From NCBI RefSeq assembly GCF_006345805.1, contig NC_043008.1, forward strand, positions 2,418,001-2,482,000: DNA of 64,000 nucleotides. Reading direction: 5' to 3'. The notes beneath the pieces were generated by a model, which was given only the letters and a program-made list of their open reading frames with translations, made no database searches and had not been told where the DNA came from. Source of the DNA: Octopus sinensis. Its lineage: Eukaryota. A program made the translations under genes and the position numbers. Below, piece after piece: positions 26,060 to 40,439 of this stretch. Position 1 is the stretch's first letter, and each line of letters opens with the position of its first letter.

Positions 26060-26696
26060 TAGAAAGAATCAAAATGATACCCAATCTTGTTTTTTCAATG
26101 TATTTACACAAAAGGAGGGGACAACAAAGCACTTCATTTTCTAGGTTCTCCTTCCTTTTCGATGTACTTGGTCCAGATGTTCACAGGCTTGCGTTTTCCC
26201 TCCAAGAAGGAGGTTTCCAGTTGGTGGCGCAACCATTTATTCACTGCTTCCTTCACATCTTCATCCGTAGGAAATCGACGGCCGCGTAAACCATCTTTCT
26301 CCGGACCAAAAATATAATAGTCGGAAGGTTGCGATATCTGGGCTGTCGTCAGGGTGTCCTAGCACCTCTAAACCCAATGCGTGGGCGTGCATTGTCATGC
26401 AACGATAAACTTTACTTTAACGTTATGCTTCGTTGCGAATTACTGGTTTCAGTCTCTTGGTCAGCAAAGCATTGTATCTTTGCTGATCACTGTTCTTTGT
26501 TCTTCTTTCGTGCACATTACTAGTAGAGCGGCCATGTTTTTACTGTAAACTAGAAGCAAAAATAGCGCGATCAATCTCAAACTTTGATCATGTGACTACA
26601 ATAGTAACAACTAGAATTACACATGCACATGCGCAGAAGGCAGTGTTACAATAATAAAGATATATTATGGCGGATATTTTTTCACTTACCCTCGTA
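26060..26696 (-). mobile_element. Internally deleted mariner (irritans-like termini), non-autonomous
   Basis: End TAcgagggtaagtgaaaaaatatccgc at 26696. ATG at 26535 gives MAALLVMCTKEEQRTVI, then LHDNARP (26402-26382) and LEVLGHPDDSPDIA/PSDYYIFGPEKDGLRGRRFPTDEDVKEAVNKWLRHQ...YIEKEG, the decayed DD34D C-terminus. Confidence 0.9.
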
Positions 26697-26727
26697 TCTA
26701 AATATATGTATCTACACACACACACAC

Positions 26728-26806
<79 letters not shown>

Positions 26807-27355
26807 ATAACAATATTATGAAATTGCACAGTATACGTTTAATTCTTTTAATATATATACAGTTTTACATAGACCTACACGTGTTTCAGTAGCATCGATT
26901 AGTAATCGTTGCAATGGCAACTCTACTATAAAACTGGTGCAGCTTCTTCAGAGTCTTTACTTAATATCCTTCGATTTAACTGTTTAATTTTTTTTGTTTA
27001 TCTAGTTTGTGTTGTATGATATAGAGTTGTCCATTAAGTTAGACACACAGAATCTCTATTTGAAGTGTTCATTGGATAGTCACTTATAGTCAATTATTCC
27101 TAACCATTCTGTTGCTTAAATGTTTATTATTCAGTTATACAGGGCAAATGTGAATTTCCTCATCTGCAAGCATCTCAAAGATTCTTCATGTCTAGAATTT
27201 ATTACGTTACCTTTGGCTGTAAAAATCTGGTAAACTCATTCTAAACATAAGTCAAAATTCTTTAGTTTCACGTCTGTCTGGTTTTGTGGTAAAATTAATC
27301 CCCAATCCATAGTATAGTCTTTGATTCTGTGGTTAATAGACCAACTTAATTTCCT

Positions 27356-27585
27356 GAGCTGGCAGAATCCTTAGCACGGCGGCCGAAATGCGTAGCCGTA
27401 TTTTGTCTGCCGTTACGTTCTGAGTTCAAATTTCGCCGAGGTTGACTTTGCCTTTCATCCTTTCGGGGTCGATAAATAAAGTACAAGTTACGCACTGGAG
27501 GCGATACAATCGAATTAATCCGTTTGTCTGTCCTTGTTTGTCTCCTCTGTGTTTATCCCCTTGTGGGTAGTAAATAAATAGGTAT
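27356..27585 (+). mobile_element. SINE, family B (octopus-type)
   Basis: gagctggcagaatccttagcacg head, B-box-like gagttcaaatttc, body gactttgcctttcatcctttcggggtcgataaa, tail ccccttgtgggtagtaaataaatagg. Degenerate heads of the same family at ~32060, ~50560 and ~59578. Confidence 0.85.
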
Positions 27586-28609
27586 TTGTGGTAACGAATA
27601 TGAATATAATCTGATGGCTCGAATAGACTGCTGTGGAAGGATTAATCATTGGCAAGTTTAGGGTTTAGCTAACGCTCCGTGTTAGTTAAAAGACGGGAAT
27701 ATAAAATAGGGATGAACGTTTTCTGTGTGAAAAGGAATACATAGACTACTTTTGTCAGCATTTGTTCGAAAATATGTCACTTTATTTTTCGCTGACGCAT
27801 TCTAGTTGTTGATCGATGCGCACTGCAACTAAAACAAATATGAATTTGCATCGGGAATGTGAATCATAGTTGGGCTTACTATTCTGCAAAGAACAGTACC
27901 AAGAATGTATTGGTTCTAATGAACATCAATAATGTTTGATTTAATTTTATTAATATGGAATGCCTCAGATATCCAGAATCCAAACCATCCCACAGCGCAT
28001 ATATACAGATGCACCAACATTAATGCATTACGACTAAGCAGAAAGAGTAATTTATTAACAATTAAATGGAGCGAAATTATCCTAACCGTTAGTAAGTATA
28101 ACGAGTTCAGCTTCACTGTTGTTAGTAATATTGTTATTGGAAACATGGACATCGGCGTATAGATCTTTTGTAGAAAATATTGCGGCTGCTTGCACAGGAA
28201 TATATTTCAATATTAGATGTATTGAAATTTCTTGTAGAGTTAATTCTACTTAACTATTTACCAATATTAGGCTTGTAGAGTATGCCAGTTTAATTTTGTG
28301 TCTATTTAAAATTGTAGGACACAAGATAGCTTTACGGCAGTGCCTATCGAAAGGTTGAAAACATTTGTAGATATATTAGAAGCAACATTTAGACTGAATG
28401 GATGAGAATAAACCCCAAAATATTAATGCGAAAGTTACTTTTCTTTCATTCTTATTTTTGTTCGTTTTCGATGCAACAGTGCTTCAAGTAGTTTGTTTAC
28501 AATAAATGTTAATCATATTATCTCATTTAAATATGCTATTATTGTTTGTTTTTTTTGTTTTTGTTTGCTTACGATTATCCTTAACCTTACTATTACTGTT
28601 ATTGAGTGA

Positions 28610-29150
28610 AAGAGCAGATCATGCATCAAAGTGACACTGGGGTAACGAATACGAAGGGCAGTATTCCCATCATGACGAGGCGTCCGATAAGAGTACACCG
28701 GGCACATTTATCACAGCCATATGTGCGCGACATGTAAACAAAAACAGCACGTGACCTTGCAGATGGGGCCCAGTTTGAATTTCCTTCGGGCAGGGGAGCG
28801 CATCCCGCTCAAAATGTTCTAGAATAACGGTTGTTTAAGAATATTGAACGAAACACACATGTTTCCGAAGGTGAATTATCCAAACCCCAAAGAATTCCTA
28901 TCAACACATGGCTATGATGCTCCCCCACTACTTCTACTCGTGATCAGAGATGCACATATCATCAGCCACTAAGGGACATGCTTAACTGCCTAAGATGAAA
29001 CAACTGACAATCAAATCTGTGGTACAGAGCAGAGTATTTGCTGTATTCCATCTTTTATACCGAGACAAAACAACGTACATTATAACACTTTCAATCAGTT
29101 GAGATCAGAAGCCATGAGAGCCACTGCCTGGTACTGTATCAGAATATTTA
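28610..29150 (+). mobile_element. Non-coding 3' portion of an abundant octopus-type retroposon ending in an (ATT)n tail
   Basis: GC-richer non-coding block ending agccatgagagccactgcctggtactgtatcagaatatt, running directly into (TTA)n. I recall it as a common octopus repeat; family not assigned. Confidence 0.6.
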
Positions 29151-29159
29151 TTTATTTAT

Positions 29160-29248
<89 letters not shown>

Positions 29249-29264
29249 ATTATTATTATTATCA

Positions 29265-29295
<31 letters not shown>

Positions 29296-29315
29296 TGTTA
29301 TTATTATTATTATTA

Positions 29316-29377
<62 letters not shown>

Positions 29378-29393
29378 ATTATTATTATTATCA

Positions 29394-29424
<31 letters not shown>

Positions 29425-29444
29425 TGTTATTATTATTATTATTA

Positions 29445-29520
<76 letters not shown>

Positions 29521-29530
29521 TATTATTATT
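29150..29530. repeat. (TTA)n microsatellite, ~380 bp, with a 129-bp higher-order duplication
   Basis: The variant pattern ataat...atcatt...atcattatcattattgtt...ttttt recurs at 29246 and 29375. Confidence 0.95.
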
Positions 29531-32500
29531 TTAAAAAGTATTGATGTAACTTCACAAATGTAAACAGTGAAGACGATGAGCGCGATTCGATTGTAAGATA
29601 TTTTATTGGTTGAACGAATTTAAGAATAGAAATGTAATTCAATAGTATATTCTATTGGTTGATAATTCTTATTTTAGCGTATACCCAGTATGTCAGCAAA
29701 AAATCAATAAATGTTAACATAATCTACACAAAGCTAAACTTAATGTAGAAATTATCTAAACATCCTATGCATTGCTTAAAACATGAAGAATTCATTTCAA
29801 TTTAGTTTTGAAATCTAAAATTCAAAGTGTTAAGAATGATATGGCATAGCTTGCTTGTCGTTCTCATTAGTGGTGCTTAAGCATTCTTCTTTTAGAAAAT
29901 TCCCGTTGATTAATGAAGCATGTTCACAATTTTCATATAGGATTGATCGCACTATTCAAAATTACTTAAGGAAGGTTCGGCAGCAGCATATATTAAACGA
30001 ATACCAGATAGGTTCGTTAACATGCGTTAACTATATTTCACTCCGCCAAGCCATTAATAAAAGGAAAATGCAATAGGTATACTAGTGTTTAACTAATATA
30101 TAATGGACACCCCTCGTATTTGTAATAGGGTGGCGTCTAGAACAAACCTACTAGTTTAAGTGACTCAAAAGGTTTTAGCAGAAAAATAAATAATATTATA
30201 CTTAGGAAGTTTGTAATGATACGCGTATGATACGAGTTTATTATGATACGAGTATTTATATAATTAGAAGATATGGAAACATGAAAATATAAAAAGGGCA
30301 AATATAAAAGGGAAATGTTAAACATGTGTCACCCATTTTGGATTGCATGCAAAATAAATCTATTCACATACATTTTGTTGTTTTTGAGTGGATGTACATG
30401 AAAATAAATAGAAAACTCTGAAGATATTCTTATTATGAAACCATCAAACATCGAAGCAGTGACATCAAACATAAACAGAGAAATCTACAATCATACACTT
30501 TCATAAACACAATGTAACTTGAATTCTTATATTTACAACAATTACTTTATATAAAATTGAAGTGCAGCACGTAGAAACGGCAAATGTCACACTACAAGGC
30601 GTCATTGACTACCTCAATCCAAGGAGCAAATGTACACACTTGTTCACAGGAATATGAAGAGAAGTGTGAAGGGAAAGTGTGAAGCGAAACTGCCGCTGTT
30701 CTTAGAGTTGCCTAATCTTATATGTCAATTGTTAGTGAATAAGCCATGGATTTCGTTTACCTATTCAACTAATATAATTTCAAGCCATAAAATGATCATG
30801 CTACCAGCTCAGTATGCCACAGACACAAGCAGAGCAAGGATAAAGTAAATCGTGGCTCAATGAAAGTTCTTTAATGATAAAAAAAATACACACAAAGAGG
30901 GATTTAGGGAGTCATGGAAACAAGCACTAGTGCCGGTATGGGACTTTCTAACTAGATGTTTCCTTTTATATTAAGAGGTATTTTAGAATACTAGTATCAT
31001 TTTTCAGTTTCACGAGGGGCTGTTCATTCGTTCAGTCTATTTGTAACGGGATATTGATTGCTTTGTGACACTGTAACATCGGTGCGCAAATTTCTATATT
31101 GGTATCATTGTTTACAAGAACCGATTTCATCAAATTTGGAAATTTTTGATTATATATAGTTTTTCCATGTGTCTAATGTACTTCCTCGGCGCTACTAGAT
31201 TAGAAGAAGTTTTCGTGTATATAAGTCGGGATTAGTCCATTGAATCACGCTTTGGTCGTACATATATACACACACATACACATGCATATAACTCCATATA
31301 TACCTCTCGAACGCTTCAAATTTAGCATTCTGCAAACTCAGTGACTACACGTTAAAGAAAAGAAAAACCATACCTACATTCTGCGTAAAACCTGTTTCAC
31401 AGACTTGGAGCGCGTTTCGTTCAATGGATTCTTTGTTTCTAGGTAATTTGGAACAGCAAAGGAAGAACAGCCATTGCAAAATACAAAATATTTGTAGCTT
31501 CCAAAGATTTATGAATAGTTGTTAATGCATAATTTTATACGTTTGATCATTGTCATGTTATACAATGTATATTTTAGATTTCAATAAATATTCTGTTGTG
31601 AATTTGTTGATAACTTTTTCTGAATCTCTCATTGTTTTTTGGGTTTTTTTTATGATACATAGCAAATTTCCAATATGTCCTGTGATCATTCTTTGGTCGA
31701 TAAAATAGGAATGAATCAAGTTATGCAGTCGATTCTTCCTTCACATCCCTGTAATGATACATGTCCTTGAGCCTATGATTGAGATCGATATGTTCTATAA
31801 TACAATAAGTATTTTCATTATTAATTCCGAACTGCAAGTCTTATTTGTCTTTGTTCATAGAATAGATTTTACGACGAAACACATTTGGCATTTGTTCCCA
31901 GTGTACCGTATTTCATATCAACGATTCCAACAACGCATGCGCGGTACAATATCCACTATCCGTCCTAATGCTATTAAAATAACTATTCACTAGTTATGAA
32001 TTTAACTTCTTTACGTTTTAGTATTCAACATGTATCTAACTGAAAATTAGAGTCAAGCCAGGGAAATGGCAGAATCGCTAAGCACACCGGGCGAAATGTT
32101 CAGCGGCGTTTCACCCTTCATTAATTCGAAGTTTCTGATTTCGTGCCAAAATTTGGAATCGGTATTAAATGTCACAGGTGTCAATGCGCGTGTGCTTCTT
32201 TTTATGTATGTTTGAGTGTCCGTGTATGCGTTTCTGTGTGGACTTCTTAAGACATGAGAACGGATGGCAAAGTAAAAACTTCATTATGGATAAAATGTTC
32301 TGAACAAATACATGAATAGAGGTATGTGAAAAGATCATATATGTGTGTGTGTGTGTGTATGTGTGTGTGTGTCTGCCTCTCGCCCAAAAGTCTGGGCCTT
32401 GAAACTAGAGTGGACATGAATACGGACTCTTTCTAACCCGGCTTAATTTCTTTACCACATAAGTACAGAAAATACGATAATGTTGTGTGTCACTTTTGAA

Positions 32501-33099
32501 AATAACTTTCACTGATGAATATTGTTAGAGATATTCATGTTACATTTAGAAAATTAATTTTTTAATTTACTCTGATAATAGAAATTAGAGCTTTCTTTCT
32601 TAAATGCAACCGAATATTTGTAACAGAAAGTGTAAGAATAACTGTTTCCAATTATTTCATTTTCCTATGTTATTCCTTAAGCAATTTTGAAATTTACGTT
32701 GCAGGATTGTCGAATATGATTTTGATTGCGCGGAAATATTACTCCATAGGTCTTATTAAAAGCAATTAAGAAATATTTTATCTGTTTTTTTCGGGTTAGG
32801 TTTCATTGTTAAAAAAGTATGTTGTTACAATCATTCTAATATAACCTACCACACCAGTTGAATTAAGCCTGTTAGCACGGGTAGCCACATAGCATTCTCA
32901 AAATACATTTTCACTAATATCATCGCATGTATTTTGCTTTTAAGAGTCAGATTCTACTATCTAGTGTACGTAAAATCCAGAGTGAAGCAACAAGAAATGT
33001 TTAAGTTAGGGGCAGGCATAGAAATAAAGGTTTAATTAAATGAATAAAGTACAGGAGTGTTTCTTGCACAACATATAAGAAAAGGGACCAAGAAAAAAA

Positions 33100-33277
33100 A
33101 TTAGCCAGAGCTAATATTTTTATTCTATCGGCAAATAACAGGCCATATTGACAGAAATCAGTTCACGGGAAACTGCAGTAGTCAATCAGAGCCTGCCTCT
33201 GTTACAGAGTGTGGCTTAGTAGTTCATTTGAACGGACGTTGACAGGGCCTGTCATTAACAGTAAATAGTACTTTGGC
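33100..33277 (-). CDS. Candidate terminal exon of an unidentified minus-strand transcript
   Basis: Branch point, pyrimidine tract and acceptor cattctacaCTAATctcccttttCAG| at 33280-33278. Open frame PKYYLLLMTGPVNVRSNELLSHTL* to 33202. AATAAA at 33124-33119. No homology recognised. Confidence 0.25.
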
Positions 33278-35959
33278 CTGAAAAGGGAGATTAGTGTAGA
33301 ATGAGTTATGCTTATTAAGGCAGTAAAAATAGAAAAATAGAAAATTAGGACAGAAAAAACTTTGAAAAAACATTGAAGAGGCAGCGCAGGCGATATGTTC
33401 ATGTTCAAATGCGAAAATTAAAATGAGTGTGAAGAAAGTAGTACAGCCCTCCAGCAATGGCTCGAAGGTGGATGAATGACAATTTTAGACGCAAGTGAAC
33501 GACCTTGTTCACTTAAACCATAACACCATAAAAGGTGATGCACTGATAAAACTGTTACCACCGCAGATAGGAAAAAAACAGTTAATATGATTTCTAATAG
33601 TTATTTATATTCTGAGTTTAAAAGCATGCGAGGTCTACTTTGCATTTGTTATTTCAGTGTAAATATAAAGATACCAGTTGTGCTTCTGGGGCATTTTTAT
33701 TCTTTCGACTATCACTTACCGTCAAATTTCACTCTTTGTGACTAATTATTTTTGGTATGAACTATATTGGAAACCTGAAAACGCCGGAAATTTAGAATAC
33801 AGAATTTGCAGGGATCATTTGCTTTCAGTTTCAAAACTTAACGAAGTCCCGTTTCCAGACAACAGAGAGTAAGCGAGGAGCCAGTAATATATCGTGGACT
33901 AAGATTTTACTCAATGGTTTTTATTGTTTTTTTTTTCATTTAGCGCCTTATGCTAATAATTACTATTCATGTCATCATTCTCAAGCTTTTTAATGGAATC
34001 TAGTATCCCATGAGAGTTCTTCAAAACGGGAAATATTTGGATTTGGATGTTTAATTCAATGATTTCACACATCACATTCTCCCATTCTCTGTTTTTCTCA
34101 TTTTTATTCGCCATATCTCTCTCTCTGTCTCTCTCTCTCTGTCTCTCTGTCTCTCTCTCTCTCTCTCTCCCTGTCTCTTTCCCTTATCATTTACTCGCTC
34201 TTTTCTTCTTTTCTAGCTGTTCAAGTGCCATCACTGTCCGCATTCAAAATTTATTCATCTCTTCCCTGTAAATGTGTGTATGAGTGTATGAGTGTATATA
34301 TACGTGCAACATGTACAGACGCATAGACAAATACAAACAACAACAACAGCACAAACATACAATGATATTTGTATTAATATAATTTCCCTCTTTAATTCCG
34401 TCCATCTCATACACATGTTTATCTCTCTCCTTCAGTTTCCATCATTTTACCTTCCTCCTCATCTTCCATCATTTTACAGTGATGTAAATAATTTTGACAG
34501 CAATATGCTCTCATGGTTGTTGCTTGTAAGGAATTGCTTAACATTGAGACGCTATTCGCATTTATTGGAGCCTAAGCAGAACATATATATAATTCCTGTT
34601 ACATAGCTTCAATCACGCTGCTTCATTCTCTTACCATCGGCAGAACTTGCATTATGTTACATTATATTAAATTATATTATATTATTCTATATGATGCTAT
34701 ATCATATCATATATATTAAAAGTGATTTTTTTCTCTTAATGAAAAAGCAGTCGAAATTGTTATTGGAAAACAAATTTCTTGATTTCCTTAGTGACTAAAA
34801 CTGATTCAGCTAAAATAGTCATACTCCTGCGTTAGTATACGCCAGACTTAACATTTCCATTAATCAGGAAGAAACCGCTCCACTGCATATCCACTGCATT
34901 CACATTGACTTTCACTTTGGCTGCGTTCGGTACATGTTACCCGCTTTATTCTAATTCTATTAATGAAGTTATTCCATTTGTTTGGGAGATTTTATTCTCA
35001 AGCATAGCAAGCCGAACTCTTCATATCTGTTGCCCGTTTAGTTTCTTCTTTTATATTTTCTGTTGTAGTTTTCTTTCTCAATGGGGAATGGCACAAGCGT
35101 TGTTCTTTTCCTGTATTTTATCGACTATTTGTACAATGTTTTTTTTTATGTAATATCGAAGAAAACTGTTGAGTTCTTTTCAAAACTAGAGATGTTTTTC
35201 ATCGTTTGGCAGGCATTTTCAAGGAGGAGAATAAGAGCCTTGGCCGTTTGGCATTGGTGGGGGGGGGGCTTTGCTACAGAAGTTAATGAACATTTCTGAA
35301 TTATTGAAATCAAATTCAAATCACGATTAAGTGTTGAATGATTATATGACTATAAAAAGTGAAATTGTTAGATTAGAGAAATAGGGTGGGGGTAGTGGGG
35401 GCGAAAATAATGATTTATGGCTATGGTTTAAAGCTAAAAAACATATAAATCGGAAGAGAAATATTGGGTTTTGATAACAGTGGCAAAGCAATCATAATAT
35501 AACATGACGGAGAGGGGCCCAAATGACAGAATAGACAAGCAAATGAGAAATGATTGAATAGAAGAGAAAGTGGGGGCAGGATTACATGGTAAGAAGTGCC
35601 ATTCTATAGAAAAAAGGAAACAAGATATATACGATGGTATTAATTTGTTGTTCGTTAGAATACTAGAATTGTGAAATTTCCTGTGTGGCGTAAAAAGAAA
35701 GACAAAGGACTGTGGTGAAAAAGACACGTGATCTCTCATTTGTCTTACAATCGAATTCTCATAGAAAAGAAAGAACGTTCATTCGCATATGACATGGATA
35801 TATGTATGTGTGTGTGTGCCTGTGTGCGCGTATGTTTGTATGTGTGTTTAAGTGTGTATATGTTTGTGTATGTACGAACAAAGAACAGTCATATAACAAC
35901 CAGCACACACACACACACATATATATATATATGTGTATATGTACGTACGTATGTATATG

Positions 35960-36083
<124 letters not shown>

Positions 36084-36092
36084 GTACGTATG

Positions 36093-36148
<56 letters not shown>

Positions 36149-36913
36149 CATAAATATATATATTCGTGCGTGTTTTGTGTGTGTGGACAGACACACATAT
36201 TGGGGGTTGTGGCGACTCTGTATGTATTTATTCGAATATATTTTGAGTCCTGCATAACCATCCACTAACTTCACTACATTCTCCTTATCATGCATTGCCT
36301 GTAGGGTGTCTAGTATTAATACTGCTGCAAGTGCCATTCTCCGGCATATGGAAACAAGCGAGAACTTTAGGATATTATTGGTTGTTGCTAATATGTGGAC
36401 AGTATTCGCAGACTCTATGTACTTGTGTAAATTCGATGTTCGTTCATAACTACCAAATTCGAATTTACTAGTTCAGTAATCACAGTAAATAAATTAGTTC
36501 AATTAAGGATCAGCACAACATTCTAATCACGAATAATAGCTATTTGATAATTAGATTATAGGAGTATTTTGAATATTTTGCCTTGTCGTGATTTGTGAGC
36601 GGAGACTAATTGATAGGTAATTAATTGCCTAATATTGAACTACCTCAAGGAACAATTCCTGGAGATTTTTTTCTTCTTTTGTCTGTATCGGAATGCAGTA
36701 GAAAGGGTTGACTAACAAATATATCATCAAATGACACATTGATATTAAAATTATGTTTCTCAGTTAAATGTTTAATATATTTTATTATATTCCACTGTTT
36801 CGAATTCAGAGTTTTATATTGCTAACTCTTTCCTCCGTACACATCTTTCCATTCGGGAATTTCAGGTTAGAAAGAGATTGGAAATATCACATATATTCAC
36901 AAACATATATACA

Positions 36914-36954
<41 letters not shown>

Positions 36955-37360
36955 TTACATACAAACAAGCACGCATTCACACACATGTACATGCACCTCT
37001 ATGTCTCTGTGTATGAATATGTGGATGTGTGAACTTGCTTTTCTTACTTATACACATATGTAAGTGCGCAAATACGTGTATATATATATGTGTGTGTTTA
37101 GTGTGGAGGTCTGTGATGTGGAGGTGGGGTGTTGGGTAGAATGGGGTATGCGGGAGTAGTGTGTGAGTGAAGGGGGTATCAATGAAGAGAGAAGGTGTGT
37201 AGGAGTGAAGAGAGGAAGTATAACTCAGAGCAAAAGAGAGAAGAGTAGGGGACTTAGATGAAGATACGAGGGGAGTTGAGCCCATAACAAAAGCATTCTT
37301 TAGGAATCGTTCCTTGCGTTAGTTCAATATTAGTCAGTTAAATACATTTCAATCAGTCGG

Positions 37361-37407
37361 CGCTCACAAATCACGGCAATGAAAAATATTCAACATTCGT
37401 TTATAAC

Positions 37408-37459
<52 letters not shown>

Positions 37460-37597
37460 TGTGTGTGTGTGTGTCTGTGTGTGTGTGTGTGCGTGTGTCT
37501 GTGTCTGTGTGTGTGCATATAAATATATAGGGACTATTTCGTAATTAAATTATAAACGTATTTTGAATATTTTGCTTTGTCGTGATTTGTGAGCGGA
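37361..37597. repeat. 46-bp inverted repeat around a (TA)(TG)n tract (MITE or TIR-like); a third copy lies at 36564-36603
   Basis: The reverse complement of 37361-37406 matches 37550-37595 at 41/46 positions. 36564-36603 matches 37558-37597 at 39/40. Confidence 0.8.
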
Positions 37598-37639
37598 CTC
37601 ACAACTCACTGACCCAACTTGTTGACACGCATAAATCGA

Positions 37640-38129
37640 TTAATGGTTCAATGACTGAATCCAAGCTCCTCTGCTAATTCTTCGACAGTTACGATCGGAT
37701 TTTGATCCCCCAGCGTTTGCAGAACATCCTCGTCGAGCTCTACAGATCTTCTAGGAAGAGGCTTGTCTTCTACGCTGTCTCCGGCTTGGAATTTCTGGAA
37801 CCACCGTTGGCACTGGCTTCTGCATATCGCCCGATACCCATATACTACATTAATATTCCTCACAATTTCTGTTGTGTTGTTGCCTTTATTGAACTCATAA
37901 ACAAATATAATCTGATTTTGTCACTTCCTTTGCTCCTTTGTCACTTCCAATATAGCTTTGAAAAAATAACTATTAAAATCGAACTGCACTCTTAAAAAAC
38001 TTGCACTAAGTATAAGGACATGGTAAAATTACTACCTGCTTTTATAGCAAGTGGATGCAAGTGAGTTAACTCGCCCCCGTCCGACTTTCATTTCATTCAA
38101 TTGAAAAAACCGCATCATTTATGGGGTGA

Positions 38130-38132
<3 letters not shown>
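37640..38132 (-). mobile_element. Mariner transposon 5' fragment
   Basis: TIR-like TAttcaccccataaatgatgcggtttttt at 38132-38104. Translation: (L)EVTKEQ...IIFVYEFNKGNNTTEIVRNINVVYGYRAICRSQCQRWFQKFQAGDSVEDKPLPRRSVELDEDVLQTLGDQNPIVTVEELAEELG, both mariner HTH motifs. Confidence 0.9.
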
Positions 38133-38166
<34 letters not shown>

Positions 38167-39928
38167 ATATATATTTATATGTGTGTATACATACATATAT
38201 ATGTATATGTACGTATATATGTATATATATATATATGAGTGCGGGCGTCGTTGTATGTATATAACTTTTGAATACACACCTACATATGGATGTGTGCGTG
38301 TGTGTATCGCTAACAAATGCTAACAATGTTTCTAAGTATGTGATATATAACATTGCAGCAAATTTCTTTATAATGTTAAAATGTAGTCCGTTACGTGACA
38401 TGTGACAATCTTAGTAATGTGATTTTGTCAAAGACAAACCAATGTGAGGTGTGCCACCTGACAGATAATAATATAATAAACGTTACCTCTGTTGTATATC
38501 ATTTACAACCGAGTAACGAAATCACCACACGTTTACACTTGTTGCAAAAAGTTGAAATTGAATTTCTCTTCAATGTCAAACTTCGTCTCATAAATATGTG
38601 GCAGCATGGAAAACTACATATTTGATATTACCAGCATAAAATATACGCGATAGCCGAATATCCATATTTGCTGAAAAATCTGCAATTTCAGTCTACCTCA
38701 ACCAAATGAAAGGCAATAGTTATGATCTTGCAACATACATCATGTTCTTATTTCATATTTTGAATTCCTTTATAGCAGTTTTTCATAATAGTTTATCAAG
38801 CATGTGTAATATGGATAAATATATTGTGTACCGTAGATTGCATTAGCTATTTCGTTTCATATGCCTGCGTAACGTGCGTAGGCGTAGCTGAATGTTAATA
38901 TAGATAGCAACTTTTAGCATGTACACGAGGCCACATGATCAAATAAATTGAAAGCCTAGTCTTTGAAATACTCGTTAGTACATTTGCTTTCGTGATACAG
39001 AAAAGAAAATGTAATAACGTTACGCTTAAATACTGAAATATATTTAGTCGAGAACGTTATATGCTACAAACTGCATTTCTTGGACTAAATATTAATGATT
39101 TAAATTTTGAAACAATTTTCTATAAGCACATTGATCTAGAGTATTAGTAATATGATGCTAGATTGAGCTATAGTAACGCAGTAGGACTTGTGCAGAGGAA
39201 GACTAAACTACTGTAGCAGTATCGTGATGCTAAATGGACTTGTAGTGGTTCATGTTTATAAATAGAAGAGAACTGTGCATTTGAGTATAGACAACCATCT
39301 TCATTGTCACGATAATACTTAGTAAAATAGATTAAAGCATTGTCAATAAAGAAATTTGGATTTTATAAATTAGATGTAAGAACAGATTTGAACTATAATA
39401 CAATTATATTACGAAACCTGGATGCAGAATTGATGATCAACATGTTCGAAATGTCTTTGAAGTTTTATAAAGTTTGATATAAACTCAACCAGATATGGTG
39501 TATTTAAAGACATTAAAGGAGTGTGTTTGATATATTTTCTGAGAATGGGAATAAACAGAACGAGGTTACTCGTTAAGCTGATAATAGAGATGAGAAGGTT
39601 GTAATGGATACAGATGAATGATAAGCAAAATGAATGTGTTTGTTATTTAATGGCCGTGTGTAAGACAAAGTAAATGGTGAGAGTGATCATGATAATGACA
39701 ACAGGGATCTTGTTTAGGGTTAATGGATTTAATGTAGTTGAAATGTCATGCGCTTATTATTACTGAGAACGTAGAGAAATATCGCTATAACTTGATGCAT
39801 AGTCATACGTAACAATATGGCTATACCATAACATCAAAGGACATATACTGCTCTAGAGACTAGCATATTATAGATTGTTCCATAGCCGCACATTCGTTTA
39901 TAAACCATTGCTGCATCTTTGATATACA

Positions 39929-40030
39929 TATGGCTGAGTGGTTAATATTTTCACTTCGCTAGTACATATGTTCTGGTTCGATACAACTCTGCAACACATG
40001 CAAAATCCTCTTCTAACATAGACTTGAACT
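39929..40030 (+). mobile_element. Highly degenerate tRNA-derived SINE head
   Basis: A-box-like tggctgagtgg followed about 30 bp later by B-box-like ggttcgatac. Confidence 0.4.
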
Positions 40031-40439
40031 TTGATATCATTCCTGCTTTAGGGACGAGCCCTTTGCTCAGCTGGTAATTCGTTTATCGATCGTGAAAGTT
40101 TGGAAAGTAATATCGTCTCGGTGGTGTGTGAACTGAGATGAGAAGGCCTGGGAGAAATGATGGGAAATGTATTATCCGGCATGCTTACAATTGTCTCACC
40201 TCGCTTTTAGAATATGGGAAACAGCAACAGTTGAATCAGTACCGTTTTCTTGATGGTAAAAGAAAAACGGTATTCCGATGGTAAACGTAATCTGTCAACA
40301 TGTAAATTAACCACAGCATCTTGTTAATTGATTTTATAAAACCCTCTCATAATTAACCATTGTAGTATAATTACTTATTGCGAATGATTCCATTGTTATT
40401 TTACATAGGCAATGAAGTCTTGAAAAGAGGCACAATCGC

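Noticed and set aside
30095-30118. Isolated mariner-like terminus TAcgaggggtgtccat on the minus strand
   Set aside because: No partner TIR or transposase remnant found nearby.
36200-36470. About 90 codons open on the minus strand with an antiparallel open frame on the plus strand
   Set aside because: No good splice sites and no homology; it runs into a microsatellite.
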